A stretch of DNA of 62,543 nt, filler included, from Chiloscyllium plagiosum (taxonomy: Eukaryota): the NCBI RefSeq assembly GCF_004010195.1. It is 3 parts of one record of this genome, joined end to end, with 100 filler letters (N's around TTAATTAATTAA, not from the genome) between each part and the next. Parts side by side here need not be neighbours in the genome. Positions count along the whole stretch, not along the records: positions 47,752 to 62,543 come from NC_057710.1; 2 more parts are not named here. One strand, 5' to 3'. The first letter of the stretch is position 1, and the number at the start of each line of letters is the position of its first letter. The notes below the pieces were generated by a model. That model was not told where the DNA came from, made no database searches, and worked only from the letters and a program-made list of their open reading frames with translations. Below, piece after piece: positions 49,915 through 62,543 of this stretch. Both the position numbers and the translations under genes were made by a program.

Positions 49915-50610
49915 TAAAAATGGAGAAATGTGAGGCTATCTACTTTGATAGGAGAAGCAGATGTGCAGAGCATGTCTTTAATGGTAAGATGTTTGAAATG
50001 GCAGCTATACAAAGTGAGACATGGGTGCACTTGTCAATAAGTAACTGAAAGCTAACATGCAGGTGTAGCAAACTATCACAAAGGCTAATCAAATGTTAGC
50101 CTTTACTCCAAGAGGATTTGAGCAGAGGAGGAGTAAAGTTTTGTCCTGGATGTAAAGGTGTTGGTTAGACTATGTCTGGAGTATTGCGTGCGGTTTTGGT
50201 CTCCTGCCCTCGGCAGAGATATTATTGCCATAGTGTGAGTTTAATGAAGGTTCACCAGAGCTGCTCCCAGGATGGGGGTGCTGTCCCATTGGGCAAACTG
50301 GGCTTGTATTCTCCAGAATTTCAAAGAATGAAATGTGATCTCATTGAAATTTATAAAACACTTAATGGGATACATAGGGTAGCTGCAGGTAAGATATTTC
50401 TTCAGGTTTTGGAAAATAGAACTGCAAGCACAACGTCATAAATAAGGAGAAGCCACTTGTCTCTGAGAGAAGGAGATTTGTTTTTCCTTTGAAAGTAGTG
50501 AACTTTTGGAGCTCTCTGCTACAGAGGGCTATGACAGCTCTATCTTTGATTAGATATAAGATAGATATTGATAGATTTCTGATTACCAAAGACATAAAGG
50601 GTCATGGCGA
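49915..50610 (+). mobile_element. Old CR1 RT C-terminus
   Basis: EKCEAIYFDRR; LGLYSPEFQRMKCDLIEIYK. Confidence 0.75.
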
Positions 50611-50619
50611 TGGTGGTGT

Positions 50620-52955
50620 CATAGAATCAAAAGCACAGATACAGATCATTCGGTCCAACTCATGAATGCCAACCATGTTTCCCAAACTAAACTAGTCCCA
50701 ATCGTTTTGCCAATATCCCTCTAAACATAGAACATAGAACGTAGAACATAGAACAATACAGTACAAAACAGGCCGTTTGGCCCTTAATGTTGCACTGACC
50801 TGTGAACTAATCTAAGCCCATCACCCTATACTATCTCATCATTATCCATATGTTTATCCAAGGATTGTTTAAATCTCCCTAATGTGGCTGAGTTGACTAC
50901 ATTGGCAGGTTGGGCATTCCACGCCCTTACCACTCTCTGAGTAAAGAACCTGTCTCTGACAATTGTCTTAAATCTATCACCCCTCAATTTGCAGCTATGC
51001 ACCCTTGCACGAGCAGATGTCGTCACCCTCAGAAAAAGAGTCTCACTGTCCATCCTATCTAATCCTCTGATCATCTTGTATGTCTCTATTAAGTCCCCTC
51101 TTAGCTGCCTTCTCTCCTATGAGAATACAGCCAAGTCCCTCAGCCTTTCCTCATAATACCTATGCTCCATACCAGGTAACATCCTGGTAAATCTCCTCTG
51201 CACTTTTTCCAATGATTCCACATCCTTCCTGTAATGGGACAACCAGAACTGCACACAATACTCCAAATGAGGCCGCACTATCATTTTGTTCAATTGGAGC
51301 ATGACATCATGGCTCTGAAAGTCAATCATTCAACCCAATAAACCCTAACAGACTGTATGCATTCTTAACAGCACTATCAACCTGGGTGGCAACTTTCAGG
51401 AATCTATGTACATGGACTCCAAGATCCCTCTGTGCATCCACACTACCAAAACTCTTTCCATTGACCCAGTATTCTGCCTTCCTGTTATTCTTCCCAAAGT
51501 GAATCACATCATATTTATCTGCATTGAACTCAATTTGCCACCTCTCAGCACCAATTCTGCAGTTTATCCAAGTCTCCCTGCAACCTGGAATATACTTCCA
51601 GCACTTCACCAACTTTAGTGTCATCTGCAAACTTACTAACACATCCAGCTATGCAAGCATCCAAGTCGTTTATGAAAATGACAAACAGCAATAGTCCCAA
51701 AACAGATTCTTGTGACACACCACTAGTAATCAGACTCCAAGCTGAATATTTTCCATCAACCACCGCTCGTTGCCTTCTTACAGAAAGGCAATTCCTAATC
51801 CAAACTGCCAACTCACCTTCAATCCCATGCCTCTGCATTTTCTCCAATAGCCTACCATTTGGAATCTTATTGAAGGCTTTACTGAAGTCCATGTACACAA
51901 CATCAACTGCCCTACCTTTATCCACATGCTTGGCCACCTTCTCATTCTCACTAAACCTTTCCTATTTATGTCCTTATCCAAATGTCTTTTAAAAGTTGTA
52001 ACTGTACATGTATCTATCATTTCCTCTGGTGGTTCATTCCACAGACAAACCAACCTCTCTGTGAAAAAATTAACCTTCAGGCCCCTTGTAAATCTTCTCC
52101 TCTCACTTTAAAAATATGTCCCCTCGTTTAGAACTCCACAAACCTTGGCAAAAGACCTTTGCTCTTCAGCTTATGTGTGCGCCTCATGATTTTACCAATG
52201 TCTATAAGGTCACCCCATAACTCCCTATGCTCCATTGAAAAAAGTCCCAGCCTATCCAGCCACTCCTTATAACTGAAATTCTCCAGTTCCAGCAATGTCT
52301 TGGTAAATCCTTTCTGAACTCTCTCTAATTTAATAATACCCTTCCTATAGCAGGGTGATCAGAACTATACACAGTACTCCAAAAGTGGCTTTACCAATGT
52401 CCTGTACAACCTCAACATGACATCCCATCTCCTATACTTGCTGGTCTGAACAATGAAGGCAAGCATGCTAAATGCTTTCTTAATCACGCTGTCTACCTGT
52501 GTCGCAACTTTCAAAGAATTATGTATCTGAACCCCTAGGTCTCTCTCTTCTCCAACACTACCGATAGCCCTACCATTAACTGTATTAGTCCTACCCTTGT
52601 TTGTTTTACCAAAATGCAAGATCTCACATTTAACCAAAATAAGCTTCACCTGCAACCCCTCAGCCTACGGGCCCAATTAATCAAGACCCCTTTATAATCT
52701 TAGCTAACCTTCTCCATTGTTGACTATGCCACTAATTTTACTGTCGACTGAAAACTTACTAATCATGCCTCCTAAATTCTCATTCTAAATCATCAATATC
52801 AATATCAAACAACAGTGGGCCTAGCACTGATCCCTGTGGAACACAGCTGGTCACAGGCCTCCAACCCAACAAACAATACTCTACCATCACCCTCTGTCTC
52901 CAACCAGAAAGCCAATTTCATATCCAATTGGCAAGCTCTCCTTGAATCCCATATT
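50620..52955 (-). mobile_element. Nested CR1s: an inner copy (50727-51950) inserted in the 3' end of an outer copy
   Basis: Inner (CATAGAA)n tail at about 50727; CTAAAC at 50721-50726 and 51951-51956; the outer copy rejoins as atatccctctaaac/ctttcctatt. Confidence 0.88.
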
Positions 52956-53234
52956 TGGTGAATAAAAATATGGCGGATAAAATGCATTGAAGTATTTGAT
53001 CAATCTGATTGTATTGAATGGCAAGGCAAGTCAATGGGCTGAGTGGCCTATTCCTGTTCCTACTTTTCTAAGTGCCAGCAGAGTACACAGCAAACCAACT
53101 GCATTTGCTTCAACCAAATGGAAAGATCACATTATCTGATGGAGTAGTCCTCAGTCAAGTCAGGGCGGTATAAGCAAGGTCAGCCTCCAATATTATTCAC
53201 AAGGGCTTGGACAGGTCAGTTGGCCACTCAGTGC

Positions 53235-53800
53235 ACTCAGGGTCAGGATGCTCTCTTCATATAACTTGAGAAGCCAAATGTCAAACAGCCTACTACCCAC
53301 TTTTATTCTTTCAAGTCTCTTGTGGGCTGTTTTCTCCTCGACTGAGAGAAAGAGAAGGATTGAGTGAGATGAAAGTGAGTGGTGTAGCTGTAAATGCTGG
53401 TGCAAGAGAGGGGAAAAGTTGTGAGTTATCTGAAGTGAGTGAGTTGGCAGTCTCACAGAGATGCCGAGGGGAGTTTGAGGAGGTGAAAGTGAATGATGGA
53501 AAATGTTGCAAGCAATAGTGAGAATGGTAGACCATGAGCCTTGTTCAGAGGTAGGTGCTGTAGCAGAGATACAGTGAGGATGAGGGACAGCAGAGAAGGT
53601 AACTGAACATAATGCAGAATTGCTGGGTTTTCCTCTGGCTGGTCAAGAACACACTGACCTAGATGTCCGTCCTCTTCACTAGCCCTCCACTCAGCCTCCA
53701 GGTCGTTATCTGCATTGTGGGGTTTTCTAGTCTCTGTCACGTTGCAGGTCAATGTCATGAACTGTGCATTTAAAGATGGCACCAGCAACAAGATCCCAGG
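53235..53800 (-). mobile_element. Possible PIF/Harbinger Myb/SANT (NAIF1-like) gene remnant with intron-like segments
   Basis: RKPHNADNDLEA, and after a pyrimidine tract ending CAG, EEKTAHKRLERIKVGS...IWLLKLYEESIL, resembling 'EKxAHNRRERxKTGGG...LTPYEE'. Confidence 0.45.
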
Positions 53801-54471
53801 ATGTTCTGGCAGTGCCTATGGTCGGTTAGAGAATTGGGCTAATGTTAGAAAAGAGGGGTGACCTGGGGATGTGTTGCATTGTTAATAAGGTGAGATGGGA
53901 TGATTGCAAGACAAAACTCATTCAGCCTCACCTTTCAAATTACTCAATGAAAATAAAACTTAACTGAGTTCTGGCATGATTCAGCCTTGTGTCTCTGTCA
54001 GCTTCTGCAAATAACTGACTGCTACATTGCCTGTCCTTCATGTAATACTGCTTCATGACTTCAGAATTGTGCTCATTAACCTCCTGAAAACCTTGCAACT
54101 GCCCCCACCCCTATTTCTGGGCAAAGTTGAATGTTGCCACTTCCCAAATTTTTTGTACGCTCTTGGGATGTTTGCATAATTGGCCTGGCCAGTATTTATT
54201 GCCAACCTCTAATTGCCAGCAAGTAGGTGTTGGTGAACTGCTTTCTTGAACTGCTGCAGTCCAATTGGCAAAGGTAGGCCCACATTGCCCTTATGGAAGG
54301 AATTCCAGGATTTTGACCCAATAACACTGAAGGAACAACGATATATTTCCAAGTCAGGGTGGTGCATGGCTTGGAGGTGAATTTGTGGTGATGGTGGTGG
54401 TGTTCCTATGTCTCCACTGTCCTTTTTCTTATATATAGTAGTGATCAGGCATTTGAAATCTGCTGTCTCAA

Positions 54472-54774
54472 GGGCAGCATGATGGCTCAGTGGTTAGCAC
54501 TGCTGCCTCACACCGCCAGGGACCCAGGTTCGATGCCAGCCTCAGGTGACTGTCTGTGTGGAGTTTCCTCTGGGTGCTCTGGTTTCCTCCCACAGTCCAA
54601 GGATGTGCAGGTTAGGCGAATTGGCCATGCTAAATTGCCCGTAGTGTTCAGGGATGTGTAAATTAGGTGCATTAATCAGGGGTAAATGTAGGGTAATAGC
54701 ATCAGGGAATTCGGAGGGTTGGTGTGGACTTGTTGGGCTGAAGGGCCTGTTTCCATACTGTAGGGATTCTATGA
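54472..54774 (+). mobile_element. HE1-type SINE
   Basis: TGGCTCAGTGGTTAGC A box, GGTTCGATGCC B box, tail ggattctatga. Confidence 0.92.
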
Positions 54775-54899
54775 ACCTTCCTGAATTTCACCAATCCATC
54801 TGCTACTGCTGTGTGATTGTGGTGAAGGGAGTTAATGTCACCACTAATAATTAGCTGGCTTGTTCAGTACAACAAATGGATACAATTAGAGGATTTTAT

Positions 54900-55620
54900 C
54901 ATAGAGTGAAGTCATTGCTCTTCACCTCTGTTTGAAATGATCAGACCCTTAACCTGAGATTGTGCTGCATTTTTTAGATTCCCCAAGCCAGGAGATAAAA
55001 ATTTCTTATAATCTCCAATATGAAGCCTCATCAGAGTTGTTTATGTCTCAATGAGATCTCATCTGATTCGGCTGAACTCCAGAACATATGGATAAAGTTT
55101 ATTCAGTTTCTCAACATAGGACCATCGACCTTAACCCAGAGGCCAATATAGTGAGCCTTTGTTGTTTTGTCTCTAGTGCAAGTGTATCCTTCTTTAAATA
55201 TGGCGACCAAAATTGCACATGGTATTCCAGATAAGCTTTCACTAAAGCCCTGTAAAACTGTAGCAAGAAGTATTTATTCCTGTAATCCAACCCCCTTATA
55301 CAATAAAGGTTGACATGCCATTTGCCTTCTGAATTGTTGCATGTTATCATTCTGGCTTCCATGTACAAGCATACTCAAATCTCTAACTATCAACACTTAA
55401 AAGTTTCATGCTTTCAAAAAAAATTCAGTTTTCCTCTTATGATGGAATTGAACATTCTCAAACGTAACCATGTTATACTGTATCCGCCACCTGGTTGCCC
55501 ACACACTAAGCCTTCCTGTTTCTCTTTGCTGGTTGTCTGTGCACTTCCACAGTTTCAGTTCCCATTTAGTTTGATATCATCAACAAATTTAAAAGCATAG
55601 TTCTATGTTTCTTTATCTAA
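54900..55620 (-). mobile_element. Old CR1 RT C-terminus
   Basis: LLQFYRALVKAYLEYHVQFWSPYLKKD. Confidence 0.8.
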
Positions 55621-57749
55621 TTGATTCTATGATTATGCATAAATGACAGGGCAACAATTTCTCCTGATAGTGTATTATATTAACGTATATTTTTTCCTTT
55701 GCGATATTAGAGACCTTGGAGAGTTGTGTGGCTTAGGATGTTATAAAGAGATACAATGATTTGAAATAGATGGTTGAGACAGTGAGTAACTGAGCCATGG
55801 AGACCAGGATAATCACCAACCTGAGTTATTTGGAGTGATAACAAAAGCACAATTGACATCAGCACTTTGGGTTGCCAGAGGAAAAACGCATCAGCTTTCT
55901 GCTGATGAACCCTCCCTGCAGTTTGTATTGCAAGTGCATGTCTTGGAAGAGAGAAAAGTGAAAAAAAAAATTGTCAGAAAAGGGAAAAAAATCTGTAAAC
56001 ATTGGATTGTCACATCTTTTTGAAGGATATTCAGACGTGTGGTTGTTCAGCTAATCTACTATCATTACTTGCAATCTCTGATAATTGCCATCTGCCAGAA
56101 TATTAGACTGGACTGGAAAATAGATGTTATCTTGGACTAAAACGTTAGTTCAGAAAACATCGTATGTACTGAATTACACAAACCTCACAAAGGCAATTGC
56201 AAAGCTTTCTACTTTGTGGGATCAATCGTTATCAAAATCATTAATGAGCATGACAAGGTAATATTTTCTGTATGAAGAGAATAATAGGTTGACAAAACTT
56301 GTTAATCCATATTTAATTATATCTTCAACCAGTGTAAGAAGCGATAAACAAGGTTTGTTGTGTATTTCACTCATTTTAGTCACAAAGGTATGTGCCAGCA
56401 TGGCAGATTTAATATGAACAGCTAAGGTCATGTTCTGATTTGTAGCTCGCTCAGTAATTTTTCCACGCCTACACTTTCGCAGGTGAAATGCAATCATTCT
56501 TTGTTAGAGAAAATGATTCTCCGCTAAAGAAGTAAATGCACGCTTCTTGAGAGCTGACCTCGATTACACCCCAACCCACGCCAAACTTTACTAATTAATA
56601 GGGATCTGAGCACTCGAAATCAAACATCATTAATCACCCATCAGACTTCTTGTGATATGTTCATCACCCACTAACCCGCACGCTGTAATGAGTCAATTAA
56701 TTCACAATAGGCAATATTTTTCTAGGACTATGAGTGTAATTAATAAATTGCTGTCAGCAGTAACGTGTCATGAAATCAATGTAAATGTTCAATATATATC
56801 ATTAGGGATTTGCGCAAAGGCAGCATTCAGCAATACAAAAAAGACACTTTCAAATGAACAGCCAAAAAATATCTTGCCATAAAACTGCAATGCAGCATTC
56901 AGCCACTCAGCTGGGAATCACATTTATTTTTAGAACTGTAATGGGACACAGGCCAAAGATTTTCATTTTGAAAGAATTTCTTCATGCAAAATAATTATGA
57001 TATAGATTATTAGAAAGGCAGAAGCAGGCACATATTAGGGAGTTTTGGAAAGTTGGGCTCATTTCCAGCCCATCTCTTGATGATCATATCGCTGAGGGCT
57101 GACACACCATTGTCCAATGTATTTGCATAACACAGCATTATATCAACTTTCTGATTGTTTTAAGGAGACAAATTATTGTGTTTGGTTTGAAGAAAAAATG
57201 CTCATTGCATTTTTGCCTGAGGCTGATATCCTTGTGCTACTTTTCTGACAGTCTCGTTTCCTTTGAGAACTGTTTTTTTTTCCTCTTTCAGCTGAAGCTT
57301 GCAGTGGTATGGTGGAAAAAGCAGCTATTTTTAAGAATTCTTTCACAGAATGAATATGTTGTTGGCTGTCCAACATTTTGCGCCCATTCTCCCGAGTGCC
57401 ATTGGTAGAAGTATTCACAATTGCTGGGGCATCCCAGGCTTTGTTGCAGTGGTGCTATATTTAAAACTTCCTTGTGCCCCTGGTCAAGTGCTTCCACACT
57501 ATAGGAATTCTAATTCATTTTTGACTGGAACAAGGGAGGAAAAATGCTTGACATAGTGAAGGAATCCCGAGCAATCAGATCTGAGAATACTATTTGAAAC
57601 TACTGCTCACAGTGAAGTCACGAATGTTGAAGACATTAAAAGTTAATTGCTGAAAAGCCTATACCTCACAATTCACAAAGTGACCTTTAATTTATTGGAT
57701 ATTCATCCACTTGTCCTGATTTTGATTGTGTCGCCATAAAAAAATCATG

Positions 57750-57872
57750 ATGCAGAGGTGCCGGTATTGGACTGGGGTGGACAAGGTCAGAAGTCACAAG
57801 ACACCAACTTATAGTCCAACAGGTTTATTTGTAATCACAAGCTTTCAGAGCGCTGCTTCTTCATCAGGTGAT
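57750..57872 (-). mobile_element. Short PLE-related element (hammerhead family C)
   Basis: gaggtgccggtattggactggggtggacaaggtcag...tatagtccaacaggtttatt, adjoining a minus-strand hammerhead. Confidence 0.65.
57834..57872 (-). ncRNA. Minimal type-I hammerhead ribozyme motif (family C)
   Basis: atcac CTGATGA AGAAGC AGC GCTCT GAAA G CTT gtgat: perfect 5-bp stem I, intact core, imperfect stem II, palindromic AAGCUU stem III. Confidence 0.72.
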
Positions 57873-58259
57873 GACTTCAGTGATTTCCTTTTTTTTATAA
57901 AAATTGGTCCAATGACTAAAATACTAGGTGACATAAGTTGAAAGGTAATGAAAAGACTTTAGAATTAAACAAGAGGGATAAAAAGATGCAAACAAGCAAA
58001 CAAAAAAGTATCTAAAGCAAAATATTACCAATGGTAGTATCAAGAAATCCTAGCAAATTTGGAGTCCATGCTCATTTGATCGGAACTCCATTTACCACCT
58101 TAAATATTCTTTCTTGCCAACACTGACACACAGTAGCAGCAGTGTGTACCATCTACAAAATACACAACAGTAACTCATCAAGGTTCTATTATAACACTTT
58201 ATACACCCCAAAGCAGCACCATTTAGAAGGACAGGACAGCAGGCACTTGGGGATATCAC

Positions 58260-58960
58260 CTTAATGTTAGGGCCCTGGGGAATGTTGTCAAATAGAGAGA
58301 CCTAGGGTGCAGAAACATAGTTCCTTGGAAGTAGCATCACAGGTAGACAAGGTGGTGATGAAGGCATTTGGCATGCTTGCCTTCATTGGTTAAAGCCTTG
58401 GGTACAGTGGTTGGGATGTCATGTTACAACTGTACAAGACATTGGTAAGGTTACATTGGAGTACTGCATACAGGTCTGGTCGTCCTGCTATATGAAGGAT
58501 ATTATTAAATTGGAGAGGGTTCAGAAAATATTTACCAGGAGGTTGCCAGGATTGGAAGGTTTGAGCTATAAAGAGAAACTGGATAGGCTGGGACTTATCT
58601 CCTTGGAGCATGGAATACTGAGGGTGACCTTTCAGATGTTTATAAAATTATGAGGGTTATAAATAAGGTGAATGGCTAACGTCTTTTTCACAGGGTAAGG
58701 AAGTTCAAAGTTAAAGGGACAGTTTTAAGGTGTGAGCAGAAAGATTTAAAAGGGACCTGAGGGGCAACTTTTTCACACAGAGTTTGGTACGTATATGAAA
58801 CAAGCTGCCAGAGGAGGTGGTGGAGATGGGTACAATTACAACATTTAGAAGACAATAGAAAAAGAGGGATGTGGGCCAAGTGCAGGCAAATAGGAATAGT
58901 TTTGTTCAGGAAACCTGGTCGGCATGGGCTGAAAGGCCTGTTTCCTTGCTTATGGCTTGA
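58260..58960 (+). mobile_element. CR1 RT C-terminus and 3' end
   Basis: LEYCIQVWSSCYMKDIIKLERVQKIFTRRLPGL. Confidence 0.88.
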
Positions 58961-59989
58961 TGACTCTACCATCTCATTAAAGGTCTCTTTCAAGCCACAC
59001 ATATCCTGATTTAGAATTATATTGCTCTTCCTCCAAAGACACAGGATCAAAATCCTGCAATCTCTCTCTGACAACACCGTGGATGTATCTACACCATAAA
59101 GATTACAACAATTTGTCTTCCTAACAATGTCCATTTACCATGAACAACTTGCTTTTGAAGTTCCAATGCAACAGCACATCAAGTGGGAGCACTATTACCA
59201 AATGGTGATTCTGTGAGCTTAAGAAATCCTTCGCAGGATAGTAGGAGTTCATTTAAATTATCATGGGGCCAACAAGACCCACTTCCTGAAAACAAATTTT
59301 AAAAATGTACAGCCTATTCTTCAAACTGTTTCCTGTAACTTCACTGGAATATTGATGGAAATCTCAGAGAGATTACGTTGGTTATCTTGTTGCAAGGTCT
59401 TTCCCCTATCTTCAGATAAATTCATGGCAGATGACTAAATGAACCCTTGCAGAAATTCATGCTGTGAGTTAACACGTGGAGTAGAGTTTTGGATGACCTC
59501 AGGTTAACAGAATTTAGAATGTTATAGACCCACCTGGAATAGTTATTCCTAGAAGTAATGAAGTAATGAATGAGTGTTGCAGCAACTGAGTTTAAATGTG
59601 ACAAATCAGACAATGTTAAGCAGATAAAATAAGTGATCTTCCTGATATGGTACCAAAACCATGAACTGTCTTTTTTAGTTTTTTGGGTTGTACATCACAG
59701 AAACAGGCCATTCGGCTCACTAATGCTGACCAATAAACACCAAACAATAATAATGTCTTTTACCTACACTTGATCCACAGCCTGCCATTTTAAATGCTCA
59801 AATGCTCAAACTGCACTTTTAGGGCTCAAGACTGATGTCAGGGAGAGGGATGGAATCAATGGCTGAGGTACAGAGTTTGCAGAAGGCACAGAAAACAATG
59901 TTTTTAATCTTGCTAATATTTTTGTTCTAGTCTTGCTGTAGCTTTCTGTTTCTCCCATAAACTTACAATTATCTGACCGAAGTCATGAA

Positions 59990-60500
59990 GTTCTGATCAC
60001 CTCATTACTAAAGGAATGCAATTGCACCAGAGGGGGGACAAAGGACATTTTATGTGGATGCTGCCAGAACTGGAAAACTGCAGAATGAGGAAAGAATGGA
60101 TAGGCTGGAATTGGTGTTGTTAGAATGGAGGAGACAGAGAGGAGATTTCTTTGCAAAGTACAAAACTGTCAGCCCCCTGGACAGAATGGATGGGAAGGGC
60201 TCACTTACCTGTGCACAGAGTCAGTGACTAAGAGGCGTTGATTCAAAGTGACTGGTAAAATAGTTAGAAGGGAGATGAGGAAAACCTTTTTCACCCAGTG
60301 GTAGGCATCAGGAACTCATTACCCGCGAGGGTAGGACAGGCAGAAATCCCTGACTCATTCGAAATTCATGAAGAGTCACCTCAACCTAACCTGCCGAGCC
60401 ATGGATGACGAGCTGACAATGACTCTGGGCTAAGTGTCTTTTTTTTTGGTGATTCTATGGGCCAAATGCTCTCTTTATGCCATAACGTTTCCACAATCGT
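59990..60500 (+). mobile_element. Old CR1 3' fragment
   Basis: Degenerate 'HY.KE..A.E..QRTF..MLP' and ttttcacccag motifs. Confidence 0.65.
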
Positions 60501-61349
60501 ATAAAATCATAACAAAGAAGAATTGACCACTGCTCGTAAGGAGTACACCTCTTTGAGAAAGCACTGACCCATGGATCGATCAAACATATTTGATTGAATT
60601 AATCAGTGAGTGATGAGGAAGAGCTGGCAGATGCTATCGTTAAACAAAACACATGTGTGATTTTATGATACCGCAGTATGAAAACAGCACTTGAGTGCAA
60701 AGGAGCAAATATTGATGAAATCATTTGGAGATCTGTTGCAACTAGAATATATAAAGTGTTACAGGATGTCCAAGTGACAGATGAGAATTTCATATGCCTT
60801 CGCTCAAATGTCACTCTTCTAGACAGACAGAATTGCCTCAGTTCAATCTTGTCTTTATCAGAGTGAGAACTTAGGTTACACACAGGTCAGTCTGCACATG
60901 TAAGCCTGACCTGACAATCATTCAGCCACTTTACACTGACACTGGGAGAGGCACATGTCATTATTGCTTAGCTTGTTGGGATGGATAATAGTTTGTTACC
61001 ATGAGTGACAGAATATGTTCTGCTATGTTACTGATGTCAAAATAAAAATGGACAATGCTGGAATTGTTGAGTAAGTCGGCCTGCATCCGTGGAGAGAGAA
61101 ACATAGTTTATGTTGCAGGACTACTTTGTGTAACCAGAACTGGCAAGATAGAAATGTAACTGGTTCTAAACAAGTGCAGAGGCAAGGAGACGGCAAAAAA
61201 ATGAAAGGGAAGGTCAGTGATAGAGTGGAAGGTGGGATAGATTGATTTATAAAACTGTCATACTGCAAGGCAATGGAAGAGTTAATAACAGTGAATATAA
61301 AGAAAAAGAATGAGCCAACAGAAGGTTTTATTGGGAATGACAGAAATAT

Positions 61350-62543
61350 CACCAAAAGTTCACTTCGGGTCCACTTCGGAGCAACGAGAGGCGGGAGCCG
61401 GGAGGAGGAGACGTTGGTGCGAGGTGATTGTCGGGAAGGCTGGTAAGTATATTTAAGCTTCTTACCTTCAGGCCAGCGAGGGATGAGCGAGCAAAGGACT
61501 TCTGGGAAGGGTAAGTAGAACAGTTTATATTTGCGTGGTTGCGTTCTCCCACCCATCCTCCTCCACTAACCGAAAAAAAAAGTGGGAGCCAGATTGACAA
61601 GGTAAGGTAACTAGTTTATTTCCTTATCCTTTTTTTTAGTAGTCACTTCGAGGGTTAGAATAGTGGGAATGGAGTTTAGGGCAGTGGAATGTTCCTCCTG
61701 CAGAATGTGGGAAGTAAGGGTCACCACTCGTGTTCCTGCTGACTACATCTGTGGGAAGTGCATCCAACACCAGCTTCTCGAAAACCGCGTTAGGGAATTG
61801 GAGCTGGAGGTGGATGAACTTCGGATCATTTGGGAGACAGAGGGGGTTATTGACAGGACTTACAGAGAGGTATTCATTCCTCAGATAAAAGAAAAAGACA
61901 GATGGGTGACAGTTAGGGGACAGAAAGGGAACCGGCAGGCAGTGCAGGGATCCCCTGTGGCCATTTCCCTCAACAATAAGGATACCGTTTTGGATACTGT
62001 TGGGGGGGAATGACTTACCGGGGAAAGCAGTGGGGCACCTGCTGCTCAGAAGGGAAGGGGGAAGAGGAGCAGAGCAGTAGTCATTGGGGACTCGATAGTT
62101 TGGGGGACAGATAGGAGGTTCTGTGGGGACGAGAGAGACTCACGGTTGGTGTGTTGCCTCCCGGGTGCCAGAGTCCGTGATGTCTCTGATCATGTTTTTG
62201 GGATCCTTCGGGGGGAGGGAGAGCAGCCCCAAGTCGTGGTCCACATTGGGACCAACGACATAGGTAGGAAGAGAGATGGGGACTTGAGGCAGAAATTCAG
62301 GGAGCTCGGATGGAAGCTTAGAGCTAGGACAAAAAGAGTTGTTTTCTCTGGTTTGCTGCCCGTGCCCCGTGCTAGTGAGGTGAGGAATTGGGAGAGAAAG
62401 GAGTTGAACACGTGGCTACAGGGATGGTGCAGGAGGGAGGGTTTCGGGTTTTTAGATAATTGGAGCTCTTTCTGGGATAGGTGGGACCTCTACAAGCAGG
62501 ATGGTCTTCATCTAAACCAGAAAGGTACCAATATCCTGGGTGG
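61350..62543 (+). mobile_element. Young CR1 LINE 5' end: 5'UTR and ORF1 (zinc finger/coiled coil plus SGNH esterase), running off the window
   Basis: ATG at 61669: MEFRAVECSSCRMWE...YICGKC..LENRVRELELEVDEL; the same frame continues after a TGA at 62011-62013 as VVIGDS...CLPGA...HIGTND...DGLH. Confidence 0.95.

Overview
Eukaryotic genomic DNA from a cartilaginous fish, most likely a shark. This is inferred from HE1-type SINEs, abundant CR1/HER1-type LINEs and Neptune-type Penelope-like elements (PLEs). The only host gene I can support is the 5' part of a urea transporter (SLC14/UT family) on the minus strand. It has three in-phase coding exons at 22103-22250, 20479-20668 (190 bp) and 8527-8655 (129 bp), plus a candidate upstream 8-codon exon at 27023-27046 beside a CpG-rich promoter-like patch. 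The remaining UT exons are not visible and lie beyond position 1 or in a gap. Most of the rest is decayed retroelements (CR1, L1, Gypsy, Rex1/Babar-like, L2, SINEs) and Harbinger-type Myb/SANT remnants. The most interesting hidden layer is RNA-level. The PLE termini carry minimal type-I hammerhead ribozyme motifs (CUGANGA-A-stem II-GAAA-palindromic stem III) in three sequence families. Several sit in tiny (about 140-225 bp) non-coding insertions with their own target-site duplications, three of them foldbacks. There are four assembly gaps; two are synthetic 100-bp linkers (N44-TTAATTAATTAA-N44), so contiguity across 31809 and 47652 is not guaranteed.
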